Below are positions 16,909-26,261 of a DNA stretch of 32,745 bases, one piece after another. The notes under the pieces were generated by a model. That model was not told where the DNA came from. It did not search any database and saw only the letters and a list, made by a program, of their open reading frames with translations. The stretch lies in the IMG/VR virus record IMGVR_UViG_3300033181_000166, positions 1-32,745 of that record; one strand, given 5' to 3'. Position numbers and translations under genes: made by a program. The DNA is from a virus (Duplodnaviria > Caudoviricetes). Each line of letters opens with the position of its first letter. The stretch's first letter is position 1.

Positions 16909-17535
16909 GTGAGCGAAGAACTGGTGAGAACCTTGCAGGGCCGGATCACCGAACTGCAAGCAGAGCTGGCCAAGTCCAACGGCGAGGCCAGGGACCGGCG
17001 GACCAAGGGTTCCGACCTCCGCAAGGAGTTCGACAAACTCAAACAAGATCATGCGTCGCTTCTGTCCGACCGCGACGGCTGGAAGGACAAGGCCGAGAAG
17101 TCCAATCCCGAACTGACCTCCCAGGTCGCCGAACTCCAGGGCAAGCTCCGGGCGGTCACTCACAAGGCCGCCTTCCGCGAGGCGGCCGGGGCCGCCCGGG
17201 TCAATCCGAAGGCCCTGGAAGCGGCCTGGAAGCTCTCGGGCTACGAGCCGGCCGGCGACGAGGCGGATCCGCTGGCGATCGAGGCGGCCCTGGCCAGAGC
17301 CCGGGAAGACCACCCCTACCTCTTCGAGCCGGCCGCGGAACTGGCCGAGCCCACGGCCGAGAGGCCGGCGAAGCTCCTCCTCCCCACCGGAGCGGGTGGA
17401 GGCAAGGGGTCCGAGGCCGGGCCGGGGCTGTTCCGGGTCAAGAACGCCGACCTGGGCGACCCGGAATACATGGAAAAGAACTCGGCCAAGATCGCCGAGC
17501 ACCGCAAGGCTGGCACGCTGGCCTTCGTGGATTGA
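16909..17535 (+). CDS. Capsid scaffolding protein
   Basis: Coiled coil with EARDRR, later HPYLF and a Gly-rich linker; upstream of the capsid gene. Confidence 0.75.
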   Translation: MSEELVRTLQGRITELQAELAKSNGEARDRRTKGSDLRKEFDKLKQDHASLLSDRDGWKDKAEKSNPELTSQVAELQGKLRAVTHKAAFREAAGAARVNPKALEAAWKLSGYEPAGDEADPLAIEAALARAREDHPYLFEPAAELAEPTAERPAKLLLPTGAGGGKGSEAGPGLFRVKNADLGDPEYMEKNSAKIAEHRKAGTLAFVD

Positions 17536-17544
17536 TTTGATCGA

Positions 17545-17678
17545 GGGAGCGACCGGAAGGGGGCGTGAGCCCCAGCGGCCCCGCGACGGGGCGACGGGAC
17601 GCGCGGGCCATCGGGCCGGCGCGTCCGGGCGGGTGAACCGCCACCGAGCCGAGCCCTTGCCCGGGCCAGGACGCTCCC
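17545..17678 (+). ncRNA. Candidate structured RNA element between the scaffold and capsid genes
   Basis: Closing stem GGGAGCG/CGCTCCC encloses four hairpins (17560-17573 with a GTGA loop, 17578-17592, 17597-17626, 17628-17642). Confidence 0.4.
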
Positions 17679-17711
17679 CGTCACGCATGGATCCATTGGT
17701 ATCTCACTCCC

Positions 17712-18656
17712 ATGGGCGTCTCCGGAAATACCGTCTCCTCCTTCTTTCAGTCCCTGGTGGCCGCGTCCACCGACGCCAACCAGGTCCTGGTCGGGACCAA
17801 CTCGCTGATCGACGCTGTTTACGTCGATTACGCGCCGGTGGCCGCCGCGAAATTCTCGACCATCAGCATCCCGATCCCCGTCTCGGTCACCTCGCAGGTG
17901 TCCGACATGAGTTCGGGCAAGGCGACCTTCACCGCGGTGAACGCCGGGACCAAGCCGGTGAGCCTGGCGAACCACCCTCAATATGGGTTCGTCATTTCGG
18001 ATTTCGAGCAGTACCGGACCGATGAACAACTGGTCAACGTGTTCATCAAGCCGGGGATCGCGGCCGTCGCCGAGAACGCCAACGGGGCGATCGCCGCGCT
18101 GCTGAGCAGCGCCAACCTGACGGTCAACCCGGTGATCGCCACCACTGGCAGCCAGATCGCCCCCACCGACCTGATCCAGGGGTATATCCGCCTGGCCGAG
18201 CAAAAGGTCCCGGTGCTCGACACGCCCAACATGTCGTTCATCATGCCTCCTCGGGTCTACGGGAACATGCTCCCGGCTTCGAGCTGGACCCAGGAGTCGA
18301 TCGCCTCGGCCGCCACGGCGATCGAGGCCCGACGCCAGGGCATGCTCCGCGAAGCCTACGGCTCGCGGACCGCGATGGACCAGCAGATGCCCACGACGGG
18401 CGTCGCACCGACGCGGACCTTCACGTCGGTCTATATGCATAAGTACGCAATTGCCCTGGTGAGCCGGCCCCTGCCCCCGGCGCCCAACAACGGGAGCAAC
18501 AACTTCTGCACCTTCACCAAGTGGAAAAACTTCAGCATTCGGATCACCATGCAATACAGCGTTGAATATGGTGGATGGTTGGTTTCGATCGAGGCTGGTT
18601 TCGGGGTTGCCGTGATCCGTCCCGAATTCGCCCAGCTCTTCTCCACGGCCGAGTGA
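17712..18656 (+). CDS. Major capsid protein (HK97 fold, P22-coat-like)
   Basis: 314 aa after the scaffold; TISIP, L.EQKVP, GMLREAYG, HKYAIALVSRPL and FGVAVIRPE motifs. Confidence 0.85.
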   Translation: MGVSGNTVSSFFQSLVAASTDANQVLVGTNSLIDAVYVDYAPVAAAKFSTISIPIPVSVTSQVSDMSSGKATFTAVNAGTKPVSLANHPQYGFVISDFEQYRTDEQLVNVFIKPGIAAVAENANGAIAALLSSANLTVNPVIATTGSQIAPTDLIQGYIRLAEQKVPVLDTPNMSFIMPPRVYGNMLPASSWTQESIASAATAIEARRQGMLREAYGSRTAMDQQMPTTGVAPTRTFTSVYMHKYAIALVSRPLPPAPNNGSNNFCTFTKWKNFSIRITMQYSVEYGGWLVSIEAGFGVAVIRPEFAQLFSTAE

Positions 18657-18674
18657 CCGGGAAAGGCGGAATCC

Positions 18675-19262
18675 GTGGCTCTCCGAATCCGCTTCCAGTA
18701 TCCGACCGGCGCCCGGCTGGGCTACTCGATCGAGCGCCTCGCCGACGGGATGCTCTACGACCCCTCCGACGGCACCTTCAAGGTCGCACCGGCCAATACC
18801 GCGCCGGCCAATCCGGTCGGGATCCTGGGCGAAGGCGGTCCGGGCTTCGCCGGCCTGTATCTGTCGACTCTGGCGACCCCCGTCCCGCCCTTCCTCGACG
18901 GGGATTATGTCCTGGCGATTCACGACCTGGCGGCCGCCAGCCTCGTCGTGGCCGTCCTGGGGGCCACCCTCGTGGGGGGGGACGACGGCACGCTGGCGAA
19001 TTCCGGCGTCTCCTTCGCCTCTGGCGTGGTCGCGGCGACCCCGGCCCCCACGGCGTCCACCTTCCGGGCCGCCGGACTGCCGGCGGGCCTGGTGACCGGC
19101 GACCTCCTCGGCCAGCAGCTCGCCTTCCAGACCGGGGCCCGGACCTCCGTGCGGCGGTCGATCTCCACGTTCTCGGTCGTCACCCCGGGGACCGCCGACT
19201 TCACACTGTCTTCCCCGATGGGATCGGCACCGGCGGCGACCGACACCTTCGACGTGGCCTGA
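18675..19262 (+). CDS. Putative virion structural/decoration protein
   Basis: Beta-rich (A/T/G/V) protein directly after the capsid gene. Confidence 0.55.
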   Translation: MALRIRFQYPTGARLGYSIERLADGMLYDPSDGTFKVAPANTAPANPVGILGEGGPGFAGLYLSTLATPVPPFLDGDYVLAIHDLAAASLVVAVLGATLVGGDDGTLANSGVSFASGVVAATPAPTASTFRAAGLPAGLVTGDLLGQQLAFQTGARTSVRRSISTFSVVTPGTADFTLSSPMGSAPAATDTFDVA

Positions 19263-19280
19263 TCCGGGAGGATTCGTGGC

Positions 19281-20099
19281 GTGGCAGACAAGAAGATCAG
19301 CGACCTGGTCGAGGACACCAGCCCGGCCGCCGGCGACTACCTGGTCATGGTGGACCTCGATGACCTCGCGATGGGGCCCACCGGATCCAACAAAAAGGTC
19401 AAGGCGGCGAACCTCCTGGCCCTGGTCCCCCCTGCCCCCGCCCCGGTGACCTCGGTCGCCGGGAGGACCGGGGACGTGAGGCTCTCGACCGCCGACGTGG
19501 CCGGGCTCGGCTCGGCCGCTGCCCACGCCACGACCGACTTCGACGCCTTCGGGGCGGCGGCGGCGGTACTGGCCTCGCCCGCGTTCACCGGCATGGCGAC
19601 CGCCCCGACGGCCGCCGTCGGGACCAACACAACTCAACTCGCCACGACCGCATTCGTGCTGGCCAATGGGCCGAAGGGCCCCGGATCCGCGGGCGCTGTC
19701 GGAGACATCCAGATCGGCGACGGGTCGGGCGGATTCTTGACCGCCACGAAAAGCCCGATCCATTACGACCCAAATTTGGGAATCGCCAGCTTCGCCGGTG
19801 GCAATTTCCAAATCGACGCCAGTGGAGGAATTCACCTTGGGGAGATCCGGGCATCTTATCTAGAACTATCCAATTATCCTAGCCAACCCGCGACCCGAAT
19901 CACCAGGCGGATCGGGCAGACCAGCCCGCTCATCATTATTCGTGATGAGGCGACGAACGCGACGGTCGCCGGCCACGACGCGAATGGGGCCCAGATTCTC
20001 CTACAGCAAGCTGACAGCGTGGCCCTGAACGGCTCCCAGTATTACTCGACGACCCAGCTCAAAGTGGTCTTCAAAGACTCCAATGGCGTGTTCCGCTAA
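19281..20099 (+). CDS. Fibre protein (head or tail fibre)
   Basis: MADKKISDL N-terminus, plus VTSVAGRTGDV and LASPAFTG..TAPTAA.GTNTTQLATTAFV fibre motifs. The C-terminal third has lower GC. Confidence 0.75.
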   Translation: MADKKISDLVEDTSPAAGDYLVMVDLDDLAMGPTGSNKKVKAANLLALVPPAPAPVTSVAGRTGDVRLSTADVAGLGSAAAHATTDFDAFGAAAAVLASPAFTGMATAPTAAVGTNTTQLATTAFVLANGPKGPGSAGAVGDIQIGDGSGGFLTATKSPIHYDPNLGIASFAGGNFQIDASGGIHLGEIRASYLELSNYPSQPATRITRRIGQTSPLIIIRDEATNATVAGHDANGAQILLQQADSVALNGSQYYSTTQLKVVFKDSNGVFR

Positions 20100-20170
20100 A
20101 CCGGCCAGACCGCCGCCGGGACCGCGATCTGGGCGGCCCTGGCACTTCTTCATGGAATGAGGCCCGAGCC

Positions 20171-20434
20171 TTGCCTTACCTTCTTTTCGAGGACGGGTCG
20201 GCCGCCCCCCTCCAGGAGGGCGGCAACCTGTTCGTGGAGCAATCCTCGGCGATCGCCGTCTTGCCCCCCGCGATGTCCCGGGCCCACTACCTGCTGCTGG
20301 TGCTGCCTCCGGTGCTCGCCCTGGTCCCCTATCGCCCGCCCGCCCCCACCGGCTGGGCCAGCCTCGGCACGCGGCGGGGCCCCGACCCCGACGCCGGGAC
20401 CGGCTCTCGCAGGGCTGGCCTGGGAGTTGATTGA
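20171..20434 (+). CDS. Small virion-associated protein
   Basis: YLLFEDGS..LQEGG motif of the LLxEDG type; abuts the next gene. Confidence 0.5.
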   Translation: MPYLLFEDGSAAPLQEGGNLFVEQSSAIAVLPPAMSRAHYLLLVLPPVLALVPYRPPAPTGWASLGTRRGPDPDAGTGSRRAGLGVD

Positions 20435-21262
20435 ATGGACAATTACCCGGTCGAGGCCGGCACGGCGCTCCCCCTCGACATCATCCTCCGGACCCCCCAG
20501 GGGGACCCGATCACCGGCTACACCGGGGCCGAGGCCCTGGCCGCCGAGGTCTGGCCCGGGGGCGACCGCTCGGACCTGTTCCACCCGTCGGTGACCTGGT
20601 CCAACCCCGCCGCGGGGGCCCTCGCGCTCACGGTGACCGGGGCCCAGACCGCCGGGCTCGACCCGGGCCGCTACTTCGGCCAGGTGATCCTCCTGGACCC
20701 GGCCGCCGGTCCCCTGGTGGCCTACCGCTGGTCGATGGACCTTTCGGCCGCCCCGGGGCTCGCCACCGCCCCGCCGGCCTACTGTCGGGGCCGCCACCTG
20801 CTGCTTCATGCCCGGGGATGGTTGAAAAAGCTCCCCTCGGAGGACGACGAAGCGGGCTACGCCGAGCAGTGCGGTCGGGCCCGGACCTGGCTGGACGATC
20901 TGATCCTGGCACGATCGAGGACCGCCGGCTACCTCTCGCTGGGCAGCCCCGGTTATGGCTCCTGGGGGGGCACCAGCTCGCAGCCCAACGTGTGGCTCCG
21001 GGGCCTCCTCGACGGCCCCGGCCTGGTCGTCCGCGACTGGGTGATCGAGGCGACCGCCAAGCGGGCCCTGTCCTACCTCTGCGACGGGCAACTGGGGTCG
21101 GGGGACAAGGGCTCCGAAGTCCAGGCCCTGGGCCGACGGTGGCGGACCGAAAGCTCGGCGATCGCGGCCTCGAACGACGCCGAGATCGCCACCGGAACCG
21201 GGCCCGGGGCGGTCCCCAACCTCTTCGTTCACTTAGGATCCAGCTCGGTCAGAGGGTGGTGA
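20435..21262 (+). CDS. Head-tail connector-like protein with an N-terminal Ig/BppU-like domain
   Basis: N-terminal G..L.L.I...G.PI...G.LALTVTG.QTAGL.PGRY beta domain; C-terminal helical part AYC...RARTWLDDLI. Confidence 0.55.
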   Translation: MDNYPVEAGTALPLDIILRTPQGDPITGYTGAEALAAEVWPGGDRSDLFHPSVTWSNPAAGALALTVTGAQTAGLDPGRYFGQVILLDPAAGPLVAYRWSMDLSAAPGLATAPPAYCRGRHLLLHARGWLKKLPSEDDEAGYAEQCGRARTWLDDLILARSRTAGYLSLGSPGYGSWGGTSSQPNVWLRGLLDGPGLVVRDWVIEATAKRALSYLCDGQLGSGDKGSEVQALGRRWRTESSAIAASNDAEIATGTGPGAVPNLFVHLGSSSVRGW

Positions 21263-21266
21263 ACCG

Positions 21267-21887
21267 GTGGGCCTGAACCAACCCCTGGCCGGGCGGATCG
21301 AGCCCACGGCCCGGTCCTGGCGGGACGCCCGCCCGGCCGACCGGCTCGCGTTCTACAAGGCGGCCGGCGAGGCGGCGGTCCGGCTCAAGCGGGCCGAGCT
21401 GGCCCGGGCGATCGGGTCCAACGGCCGGCGGATGCAGCCCCGGAAGCGCCCCCGCCCCGACGGTGCCGACGGGCCGGTCCTCACCCCGCACGGCGAGGCC
21501 AGCCGGACAGCCCGCCTGCTGGCCGCCCGGGCTTCCGCCGGGGGCGTCACGCTGTTCTGGCACTCGGGGATTGGCAAGGCCCACAGGACGCCCTGGGGCA
21601 CGATCCTGGGCTTCCACGCGGCCGGCCAGGTCAAGGGCGCCCCGGTCCGGGACGCCCGGCTCTCGGCCCGGGGGGTCAACGCCGTCCGGGCCGAGATGAC
21701 CACCTGGTGGACACGCCGGGTCGCCGCCCGGGACCGCCGGGAGGAAGACGCCCGGCGGCAAACGACCGCACCCAGGCGGGGACTGGCGGCGAAGGCCCGC
21801 GCGGCGATCGTCGCCGCCCAGGTCGCGCTGGTCGGGAAATATCGGTCGCTCCGGGGCTACTTCCGCACGCCGGGCCAGGGGATCTGA
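21267..21887 (+). CDS. Virion morphogenesis (neck/tail completion) protein, paralog 1
   Basis: Basic protein; shares motifs with the next gene. Confidence 0.55.
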   Translation: MGLNQPLAGRIEPTARSWRDARPADRLAFYKAAGEAAVRLKRAELARAIGSNGRRMQPRKRPRPDGADGPVLTPHGEASRTARLLAARASAGGVTLFWHSGIGKAHRTPWGTILGFHAAGQVKGAPVRDARLSARGVNAVRAEMTTWWTRRVAARDRREEDARRQTTAPRRGLAAKARAAIVAAQVALVGKYRSLRGYFRTPGQGI

Positions 21888-21890
21888 TCG

Positions 21891-22436
21891 GTGAAAGTCA
21901 ATTACCAGGCCAAGGCCCTGAAGACGCTCGACGCCAAGCTGAAATACGTCCAGGGGCCGGGGTCCAAGACGCTCGCCGGCAAGGTCGCCGAGGCTCTGGA
22001 GGAGGGAAACCGGAACGATCGGCTGGCGGGCACCGACCGCTACGGCCAGCCCCTCGCGCCCGTCAAGCCGCGTCGAGGCAAATATAAAAATGCGTCAGGC
22101 CCGCCCCTGGCGCCGTTCGGGGCGGCTTCGAGGGTGGTGACCCACTTCCGCACCAAAGTCCTCGGCCAGAGTGGCAACTACCATATCGCCGCCGGCTGGG
22201 ACAACGTCCTCTCGAAGCAGGGCGTCCCCTTTTTACCCTTCCATGATCAGGGCGTCCGGCTCCGGCCCAACTCGGGCGGCGGGCTGGTCGCCCGCAACTT
22301 CGCCCGGATCAAGGCGGCGGTCCGCGGCTCGTGGTTCTTGCCACCCCGGCCGATCTTCGGGATCAGCCCCCGGACCTGGGCGCGGATCCGGCCCCTCGGC
22401 GACACCTTCAAGGCGGGAGTGAAGAAGGTCAAATAA
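21891..22436 (+). CDS. Virion morphogenesis protein (Mu gpG/P2 gpS-like), paralog 2
   Basis: G.D..G.P.AP, FHDQG and LPPRPIFGIS motifs. Confidence 0.65.
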   Translation: MKVNYQAKALKTLDAKLKYVQGPGSKTLAGKVAEALEEGNRNDRLAGTDRYGQPLAPVKPRRGKYKNASGPPLAPFGAASRVVTHFRTKVLGQSGNYHIAAGWDNVLSKQGVPFLPFHDQGVRLRPNSGGGLVARNFARIKAAVRGSWFLPPRPIFGISPRTWARIRPLGDTFKAGVKKVK

Positions 22437-22949
22437 ATGCCCATCAAAGGTGTGCCGCTCAGCCTCACTCACCAGGTCCTCGACGCCTTCCTCGGCCAGC
22501 TCCGGAATCACCCGCTCCTGGCCAACGGCCGGGCCGTGAAGACCTGGATCACCTGGGACGGCCAGGGCCCGATCAACCCCCCGCCCGAGTCCGAGATGCC
22601 CGCCTGCCAGGTCTGGCTGCTGGGGGGGCCGGTCCGGCGGCTCTGCTCGGCCCGGGCCCCGGGCGGGCCGATGATGGGGATCTCCGAGTCGAAGTTGCAG
22701 GTCGTCATCGACCTCTACACCCCCGGGACCGACCAGCGCGACCTGGCCGACGTCGCCGCTCTGATCGACCGGGCGCTCGCCCCGCGGGACCACCGGGAGC
22801 GGGCCGCGCTCGGGGACCGCTTTCGCCGCGCCGGGATCAAGGATTGGCGCAAGACCCGCGAGATTCTCCCCGGCTCGGCCGAGTCCTTCGCCCAGCTCGC
22901 GATCGCCGGCCAGGGCGCTTATGAGCTCACCGTCCATTCCTATTCCTGA
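22437..22949 (+). CDS. Putative tail terminator protein
   Basis: Size, position before the tube gene, and a MPACQV strand pattern. Confidence 0.5.
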   Translation: MPIKGVPLSLTHQVLDAFLGQLRNHPLLANGRAVKTWITWDGQGPINPPPESEMPACQVWLLGGPVRRLCSARAPGGPMMGISESKLQVVIDLYTPGTDQRDLADVAALIDRALAPRDHRERAALGDRFRRAGIKDWRKTREILPGSAESFAQLAIAGQGAYELTVHSYS

Positions 22950-22981
22950 ACCACGCCCGGAGGAGCCCGGGAGACATATCC

Positions 22982-23449
22982 ATGCCAGTCGTACTGACCC
23001 CCAATATCACCATCGGCGAAGCCGTCGCGGTCTCCGTCGGCGGGACGCTGATGTACTGCAAGAGCGGCTCGGTCGACCGCAAGGCCGCCGCCGTGAAGGT
23101 GACCAACGCCCGCTCCGGCGGCTACGCGCAAAACAAGGGTGGCACCAAGTCCGCCGACCTGTCGCTGGAGCTGGTCTACAACGGCGATTCGCCCCCGGCG
23201 ATCGTCGAGGGCACCGAGGTCACCGTGATCTTCGACTCGGTCGGCTACGAGACCTCCGAGGGGCTGGCCAACCCCACCAGCACGACCACGCCCGCGCCGG
23301 TGGGACGGCTCGTCACCGGCCAGTTCCTGGTCACCGGCGTCAAGGACGCCTGGCAGGTCGAGGCCGATTACGGCGTCACGATCACCGCCACCAGCACCGG
23401 CCCCTACACCGTCGCCGACACCGCCACGGGCGCCACGCCCACCACCTGA
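22982..23449 (+). CDS. Major tail tube protein
   Basis: 155 aa; VKVTN..SGGY....GGTKSADLSLE...GQFLVT...VTITATSTG. GGAG RBS. Confidence 0.75.
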   Translation: MPVVLTPNITIGEAVAVSVGGTLMYCKSGSVDRKAAAVKVTNARSGGYAQNKGGTKSADLSLELVYNGDSPPAIVEGTEVTVIFDSVGYETSEGLANPTSTTTPAPVGRLVTGQFLVTGVKDAWQVEADYGVTITATSTGPYTVADTATGATPTT

Positions 23450-23471
23450 TTGACCCCGGAGCACGACGACC

Positions 23472-23690
23472 ATGCCCGTCTCGAATCCGACCGACGCGAA
23501 CCCCTCGCCCGCCGAGACCGACAGAACCGAATTCTTCGCCCTGCTCGCCAAGATCCGGACGGGCCACGGCAATGCCGCGGACGCCCACCGCTTCCGCGAG
23601 CTCAACCAGAAGCTCCAAGGGCGCGGGCCGGCCGTCCCGACGCCCCCGGCCACTCCCGCCGTCCCCGCCCCCGCCGAGGAGGCCCGATGA
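23472..23690 (+). CDS. Small tail assembly protein
   Basis: GGAG RBS; ATGA coupling to the next gene. Confidence 0.55.
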   Translation: MPVSNPTDANPSPAETDRTEFFALLAKIRTGHGNAADAHRFRELNQKLQGRGPAVPTPPATPAVPAPAEEAR

Positions 23691-24469
23691 TCGGTGGGGA
23701 GCTCCCGGCCAGTGTCGCCCGGGCGGTCCTCCCGGGGCCCGACCTCTCGAAGCTCGACCCGGCGGCACTGAAACGAAACCGCGAGCGGGCGCTGGCCCGG
23801 GCCGGGGCGCTGAAGCCCCCGATCACCCGCGTCCTCCCCGTGGCCCGGGCCCTGGAGATCGGGGGCCGGGCCCTCGTGGTCGAGGAGCTCCGCCTGGCCG
23901 ACCTGGCCGAACTCCAGGCGTGGCTGGAAGGCCAGGTCCCCCACCCGCTCGACGGGCTCCCCCCGGCCTGGGCCGACCCCGAGCCCGACACGCGACTGGG
24001 CCGCCTGGGGGCCGCCTGGGAGGCTTCGGCGACCTGGCCCCCCCGCCTGGGCTCCGACGAGGGGGCGAGGCTCCTGGCGAGCCGCCAGGGCCACGCCTTC
24101 TTCGTCCTGCTGGCGGCCCGACGCCGCCAGCCTGGATTCGGCCTGGCCGAAGCGCTGGAACTGGTGGACCGGGCCACCCCCGCCGAGTGGGCCGGCCTGG
24201 TCCGGTCCGCCTACGCGATCCACCCCCGGCTGGAGATCGCCGCCGAGCTCGCCCCCGACCTCTCGCCGGGCGGCGGGAGCGACTGGTGCCGCTCGCTCCA
24301 CCGGGCGGCCGAGGTCGGCAACTCCTACCCGGAGCTGGCCGAGATGACCGTGGGGCAGTGGAGGAACACATACTCCGAGGGGAAGGCCGCCGAGCTGTCA
24401 CCGGAATTCGCGGCGACCTCGCGCCGCGTCCGCCAGGCGCTGAATGGGGAGGGCCGGGCCGATGGCTGA
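23687..24469 (+). CDS. Putative tail assembly chaperone
   Basis: Lies between tube and TMP; LEIGGR.L.V.ELRLADLAELQ...ELAEMTVGQW. Confidence 0.65.
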   Translation: MIGGELPASVARAVLPGPDLSKLDPAALKRNRERALARAGALKPPITRVLPVARALEIGGRALVVEELRLADLAELQAWLEGQVPHPLDGLPPAWADPEPDTRLGRLGAAWEASATWPPRLGSDEGARLLASRQGHAFFVLLAARRRQPGFGLAEALELVDRATPAEWAGLVRSAYAIHPRLEIAAELAPDLSPGGGSDWCRSLHRAAEVGNSYPELAEMTVGQWRNTYSEGKAAELSPEFAATSRRVRQALNGEGRADG

Positions 24470-26249
24470 ACAGGACGAAGTGATCCGCCTGGACATCGCC
24501 AGCGACGTCTCCGAAGGGGAGATGGCCCGGCAAAAGCTGGCCGACGTCGAGACCCAGGTCGACAAGCTCAACCCCGCCTTTGGCCGGGCCCGGGACGCCG
24601 CGGGCCGGTTCGTCGCCGGGGTCGGTCAGGACGCGGCCGGGGCCCGGAAGTCCTTCGATTCGATGGCCGCCTCGGCCGTCACCGCCACCCACTCGATCGA
24701 CGCCGGCGCCAAGCAGATGGGCTCCGGGTTCTCCCTGAGCACGAACAAGCTGCAAGTCTTCGCCCAGGGGCTGGACGACCTCCAGTACGTGCCCGAGCAG
24801 GGGCTCCGGCCGATCCTGAACAACCTGGTGCAGATCCACCCGGTGTTGGGAATCGTGGCCATCGCGGCGCAGGTGGCCTACTCCCACTTCAACGACCTGG
24901 CCGGACTCTGGGGGGCGGGCCACACCGAGACCGAAGCCGACCGCATGGAGGCGCTGGGAAAGAAGACCGAGAAGACCGCCGACGAGACGGCCCGGCTGGC
25001 GAAACACGAGCGCGAACGCGAGGCGATCAAGCTCCAGGAGACGGCGCCGACCGATACCGAGAGCGCCCAGACCAAGGCCGTCAACGAGGCGATCGTCAAC
25101 GCGCCGGTGGTCAAGGTGGACCAGGCGATCCGGGAGATGCACGGGCCCGCGATCCGGAACGCCGATCCTGACGCCCAGGAGAAGTCCGAGCTGCGTCAAA
25201 GCATCACCGAGCTGGAGGCACAGGCGAAGCGGGTCAAGGCCACGGGCGATCAAGAGCGGATCGACGAGCTGCCAACGGCGAAGCTGGACGCCCAGAAGGC
25301 CCGGCTGGCGAAGCTGGACGCCGCGCTGGAGAAGCGGGTCCAGGACTGGGTCCGCGAGTACCGGGGCAAGGTCGCCACCGACCCCGGGGCGCTCCGGGCC
25401 TTCGCCGCGGACCTCCGCCGGACCGGCAAGCTGCCCGATCTCGCGGACAAACTGGAGGAGGCCCAACTCTCCCCGGAGCAGAAGAAGGCGCGCGACGATG
25501 CCCAGGACGCCGAGATCGACGCGAACCTGGCCACCGGGACCGACAAGCACGACCGCCGGCTCGCCCGGAATGCCGCCGCGAAGCGGAAGGACGACGCCAA
25601 CGAGGCCGTCATCGGCTCGATCCTCGACCCGCTGGACGCCGCGACGGAGTGGAAGAAGCAAGCCAAGGCCGAGCGGAAGAAGCAAGCCAAGGAGCACGAC
25701 GACGCCAACGAGGAGGTCATCAGTTCGATCCTGGACCCGCTGGACGACGCGTCGGAGCGGAAAAAGCAAGACCGGGCCGAGGCCGAGCGGAAGAAGGCCA
25801 AGCTGGAGAAGGACAAGAAGGAAAGCGTCGAGCGGGCCGAGAAGTTCACCGCCGGGACCGGCCTGGACGAGCGGGGGGAGCTGGCGACGATGCGGGCGGC
25901 CCTCGCGAGCCGCTCCCAATACGCCACGATCCACAAGGTCGAGATCGGCCTGAAGCAAGAGCTGGTGCGCCGCGGCATGGACGAGAAGGGCGCCGGACTG
26001 GCCGCCCGGGAGAAGGCGACCGAATGGTTCGCCAAGGTCGGCGACGACGCCCACGCCCGGGCCATGAGCCCGCCCGAGGCGGCGGCCCACCGCGGCGTCG
26101 ACCGGATCGACGCCGGCGACTTCGCCCGCTCCGTCGAGTCCTCGGGGATCGAGGCCCAGAAGAAGCTCGTCACCCTCACCGAGCAGCTCAAAGACCAGAC
26201 CGTGAAGCTGGTCCAGAACACCCAGAACAACGGCCGCATCGGCCCCTGA
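24462..26249 (+). CDS. Tape measure protein (595 aa)
   Basis: Long helical protein with RARDAAGRF, AQGLDDLQY..GLR.ILNN, a hydrophobic segment and an internal 36-aa repeat. Confidence 0.8.
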   Translation: MAEQDEVIRLDIASDVSEGEMARQKLADVETQVDKLNPAFGRARDAAGRFVAGVGQDAAGARKSFDSMAASAVTATHSIDAGAKQMGSGFSLSTNKLQVFAQGLDDLQYVPEQGLRPILNNLVQIHPVLGIVAIAAQVAYSHFNDLAGLWGAGHTETEADRMEALGKKTEKTADETARLAKHEREREAIKLQETAPTDTESAQTKAVNEAIVNAPVVKVDQAIREMHGPAIRNADPDAQEKSELRQSITELEAQAKRVKATGDQERIDELPTAKLDAQKARLAKLDAALEKRVQDWVREYRGKVATDPGALRAFAADLRRTGKLPDLADKLEEAQLSPEQKKARDDAQDAEIDANLATGTDKHDRRLARNAAAKRKDDANEAVIGSILDPLDAATEWKKQAKAERKKQAKEHDDANEEVISSILDPLDDASERKKQDRAEAERKKAKLEKDKKESVERAEKFTAGTGLDERGELATMRAALASRSQYATIHKVEIGLKQELVRRGMDEKGAGLAAREKATEWFAKVGDDAHARAMSPPEAAAHRGVDRIDAGDFARSVESSGIEAQKKLVTLTEQLKDQTVKLVQNTQNNGRIGP

Positions 26250-26261
26250 TCGGAGTCGCGC

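Noticed and set aside
23450-24469. Programmed -1 frameshift in the tail chaperone genes
   Set aside because: I saw no convincing slippery heptamer. The two ORFs are joined by an ordinary ATGA overlap with a GAGGAGG RBS.
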